Shown: positions 1 to 9,983 of the stretch, one piece after another
Layout: each line of letters starts with the position of its first letter
Numbering within the stretch: position 1 is the first letter of the stretch
Assembly (NCBI GenBank): GCA_001567365.1
Contig: JZEL01000010.1
Location: forward strand, 15,030-79,029
Reading direction: 5' to 3'
DNA from: Parcubacteria bacterium OLB19
GTDB taxonomy: Bacteria; Patescibacteriota; Minisyncoccia; Phycocordibacterales; UBA918
DNA: 64,000 nt
The notes under the pieces: model-generated
What the model was told of the DNA's origin: nothing
The model's database searches: none
Seen by the model: the letters and a program-made list of their open reading frames with translations, nothing else
Program-made: the position numbers and the translations under genes

Positions 1-561
1 TGGGTAAAGACCAATTTGACGATTGAAATCAATTTTACCCCTCCCCATTTTTGATTTGACCTGATCTAATGGAGTTTTTGTATCATAGAATTTGAAAAGC
101 CTACGAACAATTTTTAATACTTCCTTAAATAGTGCGCCACTAGTAAAGGGTCCAAAGTCGTATCGGATTTGATCTTTTGTAAACTTTTCCGTAATGTCTT
201 TTTCTCTAACAACTAAAACCCTAGGCCATGTTTCATTTGTAATAATTAAATGGTTGTAACTTTTATCGTCCTTACTTTTTGTGTTGTAACGTGGCTTATG
301 TGTTCTAATGAGATTTGTTTCTAAGATCAAGGCTTCGAGAACACTTTCTGTGACAGTGAATTCTATCGATTTAGCCTCATAAACCATTTTTTTTATTAAT
401 TCCGAACGTTTCTCTTTTATATCACTAGAAAAATAGCTACCAATTCGATTCTTGAGAGAAGTTGCTTTGCCGATATATAAAATTTCTTTTCTGGTTCCTA
501 AGAAAAAGTAAACTCCGGGTGTGTCTGGAAATTTTTTCTTATCTAAATCTCTTTTTTCCAT
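1..561 (-). CDS. uvrC: Excinuclease ABC subunit C, N-terminal GIY-YIG part. The CDS starts at 561 and runs off the window edge.
   Basis: Reverse translation from ATG at 561..559 gives MEKRDLDKKKFPDTPGVYFFLGTRKEILYIGKATSLKNRIGSYF..., the canonical UvrC GIY-YIG signature. The start lies 8 nt downstream of the uvrA stop. It is absent from the ORF track only because the window truncates it. Confidence 0.75.
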   Translation of the reverse strand, partial: MEKRDLDKKKFPDTPGVYFFLGTRKEILYIGKATSLKNRIGSYFSSDIKEKRSELIKKMVYEAKSIEFTVTESVLEALILETNLIRTHKPRYNTKSKDDKSYNHLIITNETWPRVLVVREKDITEKFTKDQIRYDFGPFTSGALFKEVLKIVRRLFKFYDTKTPLDQVKSKMGRGKIDFNRQIGLYP

Positions 562-569
562 AGTAACAA

Positions 570-3227
570 CTAAAGAATTTTCTTTAGATATTGACCAGTG
601 TAGGAATTTGGGTTTTCGGCCACTTCTTCGGGTGTACCCTTGGCTACAATGTCTCCGCCTCCTACTCCACCCTCAGGACCAATATCAATAATGTAATCAG
701 CAGATTTAATTAAATCTAGATTATGTTCAATTACCATAACTGTATTGCCATGATTTACCAATTGTTGCAGTATTTCAATTAGCTTTTTCACATCCTCATA
801 GTGAAGTCCAATTGTGGGTTCGTCTAGTAAATAAATAGTTTTTTGTGTGTGGGGTTTATAGAGTTCGGAAGCAATTTTTACACGTTGCGCTTCCCCGCCA
901 GATAAGGTGGTAGCACTTTGTCCTAATTCTAGATAACCAAGACCAACTTCAAGTAACGTATGTAATCGTTCTTGTATAGCAGGAACATCGTTAAAGAATT
1001 CGTGGGCTTCCTCGATAGTCATATGTAGTACCTCATCAATATTTTTCTTTCGATATGTAACTTCTAGAGTTTCTTTGGTAAAGCGTTTACCGTCACAAAC
1101 ATCACAAGTTACATAAACCGTCGGTAAAAAATGCATTTCAACAGCTATTTCTCCATTGCCCTGGCAGGCTTCGCAACGTCCGCCCTTAACGTTAAAACTG
1201 AAACGACCTGGCTTCCAACCTCTAGCTCTGGCCTCGCTGGTGGCAGCGAACATGTCACGAATATGAGTAAATGAGCCGGTGTATGTGGCTGGATTGCTTC
1301 TTGGTGTACGACCAATTGGTGACTGATCGATTAAACAAGATCGACCCAAATATTCGGTACCAGTAAAAGTTTTACAATTGTAGGTATGTGGCGTACGGTA
1401 GCGCTTTTCTAAACGTGATTTTAGATTTTTATCTACAATTTCGTACATAAAAGTTGATTTACCGGATCCGGAAACACCGGTAACACAGATAAGTTTGCCG
1501 AGTGGTATATCAACATTTAAATTTTTTATATTAAACGCTTTACCACCTCGAATCTTGATAGAGCCTTTTTCTGAAGTTCTTCTTTCTGGCACAATGATTT
1601 TTTTGGTACCACGCAAATAATCCAAAGTAACTGATTTTGATGGATTGTCTTTGGCTGATAATAATTTATCCAAATAATCAGAAACAATCACTGTACCACC
1701 ATGCACGCCAGCCTTTGGTCCAATATCAACTAAGTAATCAGATGCAAAAATGGTGTCTTCATCATGTTCCACTACGATAATGGTATTACCTAAATCTCTG
1801 AGTTCAGTTAGGGTTCTAATTAATCGATCGTTATCTCTTTGGTGTAATCCAATTGTTGGTTCATCAAGTACGTACAGTGCACCCACCAAACCAGAACCAA
1901 GTTGCGAAGCTAGGCGGATACGTTGAGCTTCTCCTCCTGATAGAGTGTTGGCGCGACGATCTAGAGTTAAATATTCGATACCAACGTTATTCATGAACTG
2001 TAGTCGCTCAATAATTTCACGTAAGGCGGGCCAGGCGATATCTTGTTGTTTTTTGGTGAGTTGCAGTTGGTCAATGAATTCAGTAGCTTCCTTCACTGTC
2101 ATTTTTGTGAAATCCACTATGTTTATTCCTAAGTTTTTTCCATTGCCACCGAGATAAACACGTAAAGCTTCAGGTCGAAGTCTGGCTCCTTGGCATGAAG
2201 GACAGGTGTCGGTTTGGAAAATACCCACTACCCCAAGACCATTACACTCAGAACAAGCACCGTAAGGAGAGTTAAAAGAAAATAGTCTTGGTTCGACTTC
2301 CGGAAAAGAAGATCCATCAATTGGACAAATAAATTTAGCTGACAGTGTTCGCATCGAACCATCGGGACTTTCAATCTTAACCAAACCGTTTGCGATATTT
2401 AAAGCCAATTCAACGGCTTCAGAAAGGCGCTCTCTTGAACTTCGAGGATCGTCAGTAAATTCACTAACATAAATTTCGTCAATCAAGACATCAATATCAT
2501 GCCTTTTAGTTTTTGTGAGTATTATTTTTTCGCGAAGTTGCTTAATCTCACCATCGATTTTAACTGTTTCAAAACCTTTGGCCAGCAAATCATATAGCAA
2601 TTGGTAATACTCTCCTTTTCTGCCGACAACAACTGGAGCAAAAACTGCTACTCTACCTTTTGATAACTGGATACCTAAAACTTTCTGTGATTGTTTTTCA
2701 GTTGCTTCCCTAACCTCTCTAGTCTCAATAGATTTTAAAATTATATTAAGAATCTCATCTTGTGAAAGTTTTTGAATCGGAACGTCAACATCTAAACAAT
2801 AAGGTTGTCCAACACGAGCATATAATATACGTAGGTAGTCATATATTTCTGTAATAGTGGCGACTGTAGACCTTGGATTACGTGAGGCAGACTTTTGGTC
2901 AATTGAAATAGCCGGAGAAAGTCCACTAATTTCGTCAACATCAGGTTTTTGTAGTTTATTTAAAAATTGTCTAGCATAGGGGGATAATGATTCAACATAA
3001 CGTCTTTGTCCCTCAGCGAAGATTGTATCAAAAGCCAAGGATGACTTACCAGAACCAGAAGGTCCGGTGATGGCAATCATTTTGCCACGAGGCATGGAGA
3101 CATCAATGTTTTTCAGGTTATGGGTTCTAGCACCACGAACAATAATTTGATCATGGTTTTTTGAAGAACCGGTTACTTGCCAGGTTGTTTTGGTTTTTTC
3201 CTCTTTTTTATCTGGTTTTTTTGCCAT
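570..3227 (-). CDS. uvrA: Excinuclease ABC subunit A (UvrA)
   Basis: 885 aa. It has two ABC ATPase modules ([15 protein letters not shown]...; [10 protein letters not shown]...), LSGGEAQR signature motifs and zinc-finger Cys clusters ([14 protein letters not shown]). Confidence 0.92.
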   Translation of the reverse strand: MAKKPDKKEEKTKTTWQVTGSSKNHDQIIVRGARTHNLKNIDVSMPRGKMIAITGPSGSGKSSLAFDTIFAEGQRRYVESLSPYARQFLNKLQKPDVDEISGLSPAISIDQKSASRNPRSTVATITEIYDYLRILYARVGQPYCLDVDVPIQKLSQDEILNIILKSIETREVREATEKQSQKVLGIQLSKGRVAVFAPVVVGRKGEYYQLLYDLLAKGFETVKIDGEIKQLREKIILTKTKRHDIDVLIDEIYVSEFTDDPRSSRERLSEAVELALNIANGLVKIESPDGSMRTLSAKFICPIDGSSFPEVEPRLFSFNSPYGACSECNGLGVVGIFQTDTCPSCQGARLRPEALRVYLGGNGKNLGINIVDFTKMTVKEATEFIDQLQLTKKQQDIAWPALREIIERLQFMNNVGIEYLTLDRRANTLSGGEAQRIRLASQLGSGLVGALYVLDEPTIGLHQRDNDRLIRTLTELRDLGNTIIVVEHDEDTIFASDYLVDIGPKAGVHGGTVIVSDYLDKLLSAKDNPSKSVTLDYLRGTKKIIVPERRTSEKGSIKIRGGKAFNIKNLNVDIPLGKLICVTGVSGSGKSTFMYEIVDKNLKSRLEKRYRTPHTYNCKTFTGTEYLGRSCLIDQSPIGRTPRSNPATYTGSFTHIRDMFAATSEARARGWKPGRFSFNVKGGRCEACQGNGEIAVEMHFLPTVYVTCDVCDGKRFTKETLEVTYRKKNIDEVLHMTIEEAHEFFNDVPAIQERLHTLLEVGLGYLELGQSATTLSGGEAQRVKIASELYKPHTQKTIYLLDEPTIGLHYEDVKKLIEILQQLVNHGNTVMVIEHNLDLIKSADYIIDIGPEGGVGGGDIVAKGTPEEVAENPNSYTGQYLKKIL

Positions 3228-3278
3228 ATTTTATCCAAACAAACAGTATAACGTTTTTATAGCAACTTGCAAAAAATA

Positions 3279-4601
3279 TCAATTAAGGTCGTTCTTAAAC
3301 CTAATTATCACATGCGTGCCAACCCCTTTAATTGATTCAACTGATATTTCACCTTTTAATTGTTCAACTATTTGTTTTGTGATCCACATACCCAAACCAG
3401 AACCTGTAATATTGTTTATTTGATCGTCAGTTCCAAATCTTGCAAATGGTGTGAACATTTTCTTCTGATCGTCGGCACTAATACCCTTTCCTGTGTCAGC
3501 AATTGTAAAGGTTGTATAGACTATATTTGTATTTATATCAACCGAAACTTCACCTTGATCGGTATATTTAATAGCGTTGTTGATGATATTAATAAGTATT
3601 TGTTCTAGTCGTTTAGCGTTTGTTTTTAGTAAAATTTTATCGCTAGTTTGTGTTGTTTTTAACAGAAGCTTTTTAACATCAGCTAAAGGTTTCATTTGAG
3701 AAATAACTTTATTTGCTATAGATACGACATCAGATTCGGCAATTTCAATTTTTGTTTTTCCAGATTGGATATGTGCTGCCTCTAAAAAGTCGTTAACCAG
3801 AGTTACCAGACGAGTAGATGCTTCTCTAATACGGGTGGAAAAACTTAATTCTTCACCTTGTAGACTCTCCTCTAATAAACTCGCATAACCCTTAATAGCT
3901 GTAAGTGGAGCTCTAAATTCATGGACTAAAGCATCAATAATTAAATCCCTTTCTTTAAGTTTGTTAAGAGTCGTATTGTAAAGTTTGTGATAGTTTATTT
4001 GGTTTGCTATCCAATAAGCTAAAGCAATTATGAAAAGAAATATTAATGAGAGAATAATATAGGACTTGAGAATTCTTCCATCTAAAAGTGCATTTATTTT
4101 TGAAAAATCATGTTGAGTAAATATGTAAACGTCATCCGCATTCTCATTGTTTACATATCTAAAGGCCTGCGTAACTGGTTTCTCATCAATTTTAATATTG
4201 AAGATCATGGTCTCACCATTACCCAGCAATGAAGCTCTAAATGGCTGTTGGTTTGGTTCAATTGTGCCTATTTTTGTTGAATCAAGATCGTAAATTATAA
4301 CTAAGTCCTCCCCTGTTTGTTTAACAATTCGAATTTTCTCTAAGTCTTCTTGATCACCTAGAAAACTAGAAATAACCGCTGGGTCAGTGATCAGATTACT
4401 GTCAACGGCAAATTCAATGGTGTCCTGAAGTATGTTGATTTTTTCTTGTAGAACTGTATTAGTGTTGGCCTTTGATACGTAGACGAATTGTTGAAAAGTG
4501 TAAATGAAAAGGAGGGGAAAAATGACGATTAATACTACTACGAGTATTAATTGATTGTTTTGTTTGATTATTCTTAGACCGGATTTAAGAATCTGAATCA
4601 T
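3279..4601 (-). CDS. Sensor histidine kinase: two TM segments with an extracytoplasmic loop, then HisKA and HATPase_c.
   Basis: H-box HEFRAPLTAIKGYASLLEE, and G-boxes GTGLGMWITKQIV / GVGTHVIIRF. There is an N-terminal TM and a second TM around ILSLIFLFIIALAYW. Confidence 0.8.
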   Translation of the reverse strand: MIQILKSGLRIIKQNNQLILVVVLIVIFPLLFIYTFQQFVYVSKANTNTVLQEKINILQDTIEFAVDSNLITDPAVISSFLGDQEDLEKIRIVKQTGEDLVIIYDLDSTKIGTIEPNQQPFRASLLGNGETMIFNIKIDEKPVTQAFRYVNNENADDVYIFTQHDFSKINALLDGRILKSYIILSLIFLFIIALAYWIANQINYHKLYNTTLNKLKERDLIIDALVHEFRAPLTAIKGYASLLEESLQGEELSFSTRIREASTRLVTLVNDFLEAAHIQSGKTKIEIAESDVVSIANKVISQMKPLADVKKLLLKTTQTSDKILLKTNAKRLEQILINIINNAIKYTDQGEVSVDINTNIVYTTFTIADTGKGISADDQKKMFTPFARFGTDDQINNITGSGLGMWITKQIVEQLKGEISVESIKGVGTHVIIRFKNDLN

Positions 4602-6963
4602 GTTGTTTAATTTCCTCTTCAGGACGAGTGCGTAAAGTGTGTCCTAGCATGAGCAGTATAAGTCCGAACGAGATGACTCCCATTGCTGCCACTGTGTTGT
4701 AGGAGTTTAATTCAGTCTCTTGATATATGTCTCTAGTTTCGACAACATCCTGGTTTTCTGCATCAACTGGGGTAAACGCCTCTGCGGTTTTTACGAATTG
4801 AAAAGGCTTACTTCTAGCGACGATATTCCCGATATTGTCGGTCATGGCTACATATACTTCGTGTTCCCCTTCTTCTAACTCCTTTTCAAGAGTGTAAACG
4901 AAGTTACCATCACTATCAGCCTTAACGGTTACTATGGTTGGACTACTAAAAATAAAGAGCGTAACAAAACTATTGGGTAGTGCCTTTCCTTTAATTTCAG
5001 CCATTAAAGGTTTATTTATGTCATTATCAAAAATTTCCACTACAGGTGTAATGGATTCAATTTGTAAATTATTTTCATCCACATAATTAACTTCTTTTGG
5101 TGATTGGAAATTAATAACTGCCTCACTATCACTGCTAAGTGGATTAAATCCCTTTGTTATTTCTACACTATCTATCACCCCGTCGCCATCTGTGTCTGGT
5201 AAATTAGGATCAGTTTTATAGAGATTAGTTTCGTCAAAATCAGTAACTCCATCCCCATCTGTGTCTTTGGCGATAAGTTCACTTCTCTCTCGTAATAGAG
5301 ATTCGTATTTTTCTACCTCCTCTAATAATTCAGTAAACTTATCAGTTAGGATCAAAGAAATTTTGTCTGAAATGTCCTTTGTTTCGATTTGTGTTTTTGC
5401 TTTAATTATTAATGAGTCACGTAGACGATTTACTTCGTTCAACGCTAATCGCTTGATGTTGTCATCATTACCCTGAACGCTTGATGCATATTTTTGTAGG
5501 AGAAGATTTAATTCATCATGAACTGCATTCAAGAGTTTATTGGCTTCCTTCCGCGCTTGCTCCTCAGTATTTAGAGTTGTTTTATTATGTTCTGAGTTGT
5601 CAAATACAGAATCTTCTGTTTTGTTTATGCTTTCCTCTAAGGTTTCATTTGACTCTTCTTCTGTGTCAAAATATGCCGAACGTTGTTCTATTGAATTATC
5701 AGCAATACTACTAGAATCAGCTTCTAAGCTTTCCTTCACTTTTTCAGTTAGTATCAGTGGTTCAATAATTTCTGCGTCGCTAGCTGATGTTTTGGTCAAA
5801 GCAATTCCCGTTTTTCTTATAGAAATATTGATAGGTTCAGTTTTACGTGTTGTGTCAGAATTAACAACCTTTGCAAACACATTGTAAGTATTTGCGGGTA
5901 ATAATGAACCATCTAGGAAATAGACCCAAATATCCCCCTTTTTGGTAGCCTTACCAAGAAAGATTGGTGTAGATGAGAAGGTTGGTAGTGCATACATTTC
6001 CACACGAAGATAGTCTGTAGCATTATGGGTTATAAATTTATATTTGCCCTCAATTATATTTTCAAGTTGTAGATGGGGCTTGTCGGTACTGATAGGTGTT
6101 GAATCTGGTGTAAATTCAAACGACAAATCAGATTCATGTGTAGATATTGTGGAAAAATCTGAGTCGGTCTTTGTAATAGTGAAATTTGGACCAGTAAAGT
6201 AATATTTAGAACCATCAACCGAAAGAGTTTTAAGTTTAAAATTGTAGGTTGCGGATTTCAAAATATCATAGGGGACCAGAAATGAGTATTTTGTTCCCTC
6301 CTGATTTTTGAGTGATAATACAATATCCTCACCTGTATCGACGGAATAGATTGATAAGTCAACGTCAGTTATGTCTGTAACATCTACCGTAAAAATAAAA
6401 TTCTCTTTTGGTTCTTTTGGAAAATCAGTTGGAAAGGTTATGTTTGGAACAACTTTCTCACTAAGATCTAGTGTGGAAGAGGTGTCAACAGTCATTGTGT
6501 CGGTGGTTGTAAATGAACTGGACTCCAAACAACCAGAGTCAACACAAGCTGTTGTTGCTAACAAATGTTCGGTTGGCTGTGGTTTGATGTCGGAGGTGGC
6601 TATAGTTAGGTATAGGCCGGTAATAATAAAAGAATACCCAGAAAAACTCGCAATCCCAGCAACAATTTTGGGGGTTTTCTTGTGTGAAATATAGCTTAAA
6701 TAATCAGCCTTATTAACTAATCGCAGTGGTGGTTCTTTGGGTAATGAAATCAAGGAGCCGTCGTCTGGACTAGTTGTTTTTTTTGATTTTGTATTTTTTT
6801 TCTTTGGTTTTAATTCAAGTAAAGAAACTTTTTTTATTTGAATACTATCCACCTCTTCAGAAATAGATTTATTGGGTTTTTTTGAACGTGAAGGTCGCTT
6901 AATAAGCAGTGTTTTTTTGTGTTCACTCTCCCTTACGGTTTCTTTTTTGGAAACTCTCGGCAT
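4585..6963 (-). CDS. Hypothetical membrane protein. It has a basic N-terminal tail, a TM, a large extracytoplasmic region with a coiled-coil, thrombospondin-type-3-like Ca-binding repeats, and a C-terminal TM.
   Basis: 792 aa. N-terminus is Lys-rich and the TM is IVAGIASFSGYSFIITGLYLTIA. DTDGDGVTDFDE...DTDGDGVIDSVE are TSP3-like Asp-box repeats. C-terminal TM is VAAMGVISFGLILLMLG. It overlaps the HK start by 17 nt, i.e. it is in the same operon. Confidence 0.5.
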   Translation of the reverse strand: MPRVSKKETVRESEHKKTLLIKRPSRSKKPNKSISEEVDSIQIKKVSLLELKPKKKNTKSKKTTSPDDGSLISLPKEPPLRLVNKADYLSYISHKKTPKIVAGIASFSGYSFIITGLYLTIATSDIKPQPTEHLLATTACVDSGCLESSSFTTTDTMTVDTSSTLDLSEKVVPNITFPTDFPKEPKENFIFTVDVTDITDVDLSIYSVDTGEDIVLSLKNQEGTKYSFLVPYDILKSATYNFKLKTLSVDGSKYYFTGPNFTITKTDSDFSTISTHESDLSFEFTPDSTPISTDKPHLQLENIIEGKYKFITHNATDYLRVEMYALPTFSSTPIFLGKATKKGDIWVYFLDGSLLPANTYNVFAKVVNSDTTRKTEPINISIRKTGIALTKTSASDAEIIEPLILTEKVKESLEADSSSIADNSIEQRSAYFDTEEESNETLEESINKTEDSVFDNSEHNKTTLNTEEQARKEANKLLNAVHDELNLLLQKYASSVQGNDDNIKRLALNEVNRLRDSLIIKAKTQIETKDISDKISLILTDKFTELLEEVEKYESLLRERSELIAKDTDGDGVTDFDETNLYKTDPNLPDTDGDGVIDSVEITKGFNPLSSDSEAVINFQSPKEVNYVDENNLQIESITPVVEIFDNDINKPLMAEIKGKALPNSFVTLFIFSSPTIVTVKADSDGNFVYTLEKELEEGEHEVYVAMTDNIGNIVARSKPFQFVKTAEAFTPVDAENQDVVETRDIYQETELNSYNTVAAMGVISFGLILLMLGHTLRTRPEEEIKQHDSDS

Positions 6964-7004
6964 TTATCTATTATACATTTATCAAATACTATAAAAGTGT
7001 ATTA

Positions 7005-7802
7005 TCAACTACTGTGTTTGTTGATAATCAGGGTAACAAGATCGTTTAAATCTGTCATGGCTTTTATTAAAAAATCGTCCACTCCGAGCATTTTAGCTTT
7101 TTTCTTATCCTCATCGTTGTCCTTATTTGAGAAAACCACCACTGGCGTTTCTCTAAACTCAGGTCGCTGTCTCATTTCATTTAGAACATCAATACCATTT
7201 TTTCCAGGTAGCATTAAATCTAAAATTACCAATGTGGGTTTGTAGTGTAAGGCTGTGTGAAGAACTTCGTTGCCATTGTGACAAAAATAATAAGGGATCT
7301 TACTCTTGGTTAATCTAACTGATAGAAGATTTCTAAGTAAAGGATCATCCTCGACAACCAAAACTCGTATTTCTTTTTGTGGTACAGAGCTTGTTTCGGC
7401 CTTTTTTTCTGTTATAACCAAAGATTCGTGACTGTGAATATTTGAGCTATCTTTTAGTAAATTTTCGATAGTGCGTATTAGACTGACTATATCAATATTG
7501 GTTTTTTGAATAATTTTTGTAACAGCTATATTGTTATTTGAATCGGTGTTGGTGTCGGCTATTAATATGAAAGGTATGTCACAATCATTTTGCGCATTTA
7601 TTTCTAAGATAATATTTTGTAACAAATCGCCATCTAAAGTGGATTCAAGCAAAATCAGATCTGGTTTTTGGGTTTTTATAGCCAGTGCACCTTTTTTAAA
7701 ATCATTAAATATTAAGATGTCTATTCCAGCATAGAGAAACATGAGTTCTATAGAATTAATAAAGGCTGAATCATCACCTATTACTAGCATTTTTTTACCC
7801 AA
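7005..7802 (-). CDS. Response regulator with two receiver domains and no output domain. The N-terminal REC is degenerate; the C-terminal REC is canonical.
   Basis: C-terminal REC: VLVVEDDPLLRN...LVILDLMLPGKNG...VVVFSN...FLIKA. N-terminal REC has GDD but reads LILLE where the phospho-acceptor DLILLD would be. Confidence 0.7.
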   Translation of the reverse strand: MGKKMLVIGDDSAFINSIELMFLYAGIDILIFNDFKKGALAIKTQKPDLILLESTLDGDLLQNIILEINAQNDCDIPFILIADTNTDSNNNIAVTKIIQKTNIDIVSLIRTIENLLKDSSNIHSHESLVITEKKAETSSVPQKEIRVLVVEDDPLLRNLLSVRLTKSKIPYYFCHNGNEVLHTALHYKPTLVILDLMLPGKNGIDVLNEMRQRPEFRETPVVVFSNKDNDEDKKKAKMLGVDDFLIKAMTDLNDLVTLIINKHSS

Positions 7803-7889
7803 AAAAGTTTGTTTTTATTTATCATAAGTATAACTCTAAACTTATGATAATTATGACATGATTTTTTCCTAAAAAACCATGATATTAAC

Positions 7890-9935
7890 TCATTTTGTTT
7901 TTTTCTTTTTATTCTTATCTAATGTTGCTTCTAATATTCTCATTTCGTCACGGATTATCGCTGCGGTTTCAAAATCGAGAATGGCCACAGCTTCTTCCAT
8001 CTGTTTTCTCTTTTCTTTTAGAATTTTTTTAGGATTTTGCTTAAGTAAATCAATGTCAATTTTTAAAAGTGAATCAACTGTTTCGTCGTGTTTAGTTCGT
8101 AATTGATCAGCGATTGACTTTATCTCCTTAGCAATTGTTTTTGGTGTTATGTTATGCTTTTTGTTGTATTCGAGTTGTAGTGTTCGTCGACGATTTGTCT
8201 CATTGACTGCTTTAGATAGTGAAGGAGTCATTTCATCGGCATAAAGAATAACTCGACCATTGACATTTCTCGCGGCTCGACCAATTGTTTGTATAAGAGC
8301 AGTTTCACTACGCAGAAATCCCTCCTTGTCAGCGTCAAGAATGGCTACTAGTTCGACTTCGGGCAAGTCCAAACCCTCACGAAGAAGATTAACACCGACT
8401 AAGCAATCAAATTTTCCTCTTCTGAAATCAGTTAAAATCTCTATTCGTTCAATGGTTTCAACGTCACTGTGGATGTATTTGGTACTGATTCCTCTTTCAG
8501 CTAAAAATTCAGCTAAATCCTCAGCCATTTTTTTGGTAAGGGTGGTAGTTAGAACTCTGGCTCCACCCGCTATAACCTTCACAGCCTCGTCAATAAAATC
8601 TTTGATTTGTCCCTTGTAATCCCCTGCTTCTGTTACTGGACGGATATTGATTTCGGGGTCAATTAAACCAGTTGGTCGTATAACTTGTTCTACCATCGCT
8701 ATTTTAGTTTTTTCTAATTGTTCATATTCATATTTACCAGGAGTAGCTGAGGTATAGATTCTCTGTCCAACTTGGTCTTCGAATTCATTAAACTTTAAAG
8801 GGCGATTGTCGATAGCGCTGGGTAAACGAAAACCATATTCAATCAAGGTGTTTTTTCTTGATCTGTCTCCGGCATACATACCATTCAGTTGCGGAATAGT
8901 CACATGTGACTCGTCAATAACAGTTAAAAAATCCGCCTTACCGTTTTCCTTGTGTGGAAAATATGAAAGTAATGTGTATGGAGCCTCGCCAGACTGACGT
9001 CGATCGAAATGACGAGAATAATTTTCAATACCGTTACAATATCCGACCTCACGGATCAGAGCTAAATCATGTTCTGTGCGCCTGCGTAAACGTTCAGCTT
9101 CAAGAAGCTTACCCTCTTTTTTGAAATGTTTTAATTGTTTATCCAATTCTTCTTTAATTTCAGTTATAGCAACTTTCCTTTCTTCTTCAGGAGTAACAAA
9201 GTGTTTTGCAGGAAAAAGAAAAAATGATTGCGGTTCATCTAGGATTTGTCTTGTTATTGCATCAATTTTGGTTATGTTTGAGACCGAGTTTGCGGTAAAA
9301 CTTAAACGGTAAATAACTCGTTCATTAGTTGGCATGATCTCTACAAAATTACCGACTGCTCGAAAATGAGCTGGGACCAAATCAGCGTTTGTTCTCTCAA
9401 ATTGCATGTCAATTAGAGTGCGAAGTATCTCTGTACGTGATGTGTTAAAACCTCGTGTGAATTTGATGTGTTTCTTTAAATATTCTTTTGGTGAACCAAG
9501 TCCATAGATACAAGAAACAGATGCTACGATAATAACATCACTTCTGGTTAGTAAAGCTTGTGTGGAGGCGTGACGTAACCGATCAATTTCCTCGTTTATT
9601 TGTGCTTCTTTTTCGATGTAAGTATCGCTGGTGGGCATGTAAGCTTCTGGCTGATAATAATCATAATACGACACAAAATAATGCACAGCGTTATTAGGAA
9701 AAAAGTCTCTGTACTCCTGTGCTAATTGTGCGGCTAAGGTCTTGTTGTGCGCAATTACCAGCGTTGGTTTTTGGATTTTTTCTATGACATTGGCAATGGT
9801 AAAGGTTTTACCTGAACCAGTTACACCCAAAAGTGTCTGGTGTGTATAACCTTTTTTAAGCCCATCCACCAACTGTTCTATGGCTTTAGGTTGGTCACCG
9901 GCTGGCTTTTTGTCAGTTTCGAGCTTGAATTTCAT
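7890..9935 (-). CDS. uvrB: Excinuclease ABC subunit B (UvrB)
   Basis: 681 aa. Walker A is GVTGSGKTFT, helicase motif VI is QTIGRAARN, and there is a C-terminal UVR domain (AAIIRDEMRILE). Confidence 0.92.
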   Translation of the reverse strand: MKFKLETDKKPAGDQPKAIEQLVDGLKKGYTHQTLLGVTGSGKTFTIANVIEKIQKPTLVIAHNKTLAAQLAQEYRDFFPNNAVHYFVSYYDYYQPEAYMPTSDTYIEKEAQINEEIDRLRHASTQALLTRSDVIIVASVSCIYGLGSPKEYLKKHIKFTRGFNTSRTEILRTLIDMQFERTNADLVPAHFRAVGNFVEIMPTNERVIYRLSFTANSVSNITKIDAITRQILDEPQSFFLFPAKHFVTPEEERKVAITEIKEELDKQLKHFKKEGKLLEAERLRRRTEHDLALIREVGYCNGIENYSRHFDRRQSGEAPYTLLSYFPHKENGKADFLTVIDESHVTIPQLNGMYAGDRSRKNTLIEYGFRLPSAIDNRPLKFNEFEDQVGQRIYTSATPGKYEYEQLEKTKIAMVEQVIRPTGLIDPEINIRPVTEAGDYKGQIKDFIDEAVKVIAGGARVLTTTLTKKMAEDLAEFLAERGISTKYIHSDVETIERIEILTDFRRGKFDCLVGVNLLREGLDLPEVELVAILDADKEGFLRSETALIQTIGRAARNVNGRVILYADEMTPSLSKAVNETNRRRTLQLEYNKKHNITPKTIAKEIKSIADQLRTKHDETVDSLLKIDIDLLKQNPKKILKEKRKQMEEAVAILDFETAAIIRDEMRILEATLDKNKKKKTK

Positions 9936-9983
9936 TTGTTCGAGTATAACGTGATTATCAAGATAAAAAAAGTGGTTAATTTA

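Noticed and set aside
1945-2157. 70-aa + strand ORF inside uvrA, plus similar short + ORFs inside other genes
   Set aside because: They are fully embedded in well-supported conserved CDSs on the opposite strand, and no domain signal is present.
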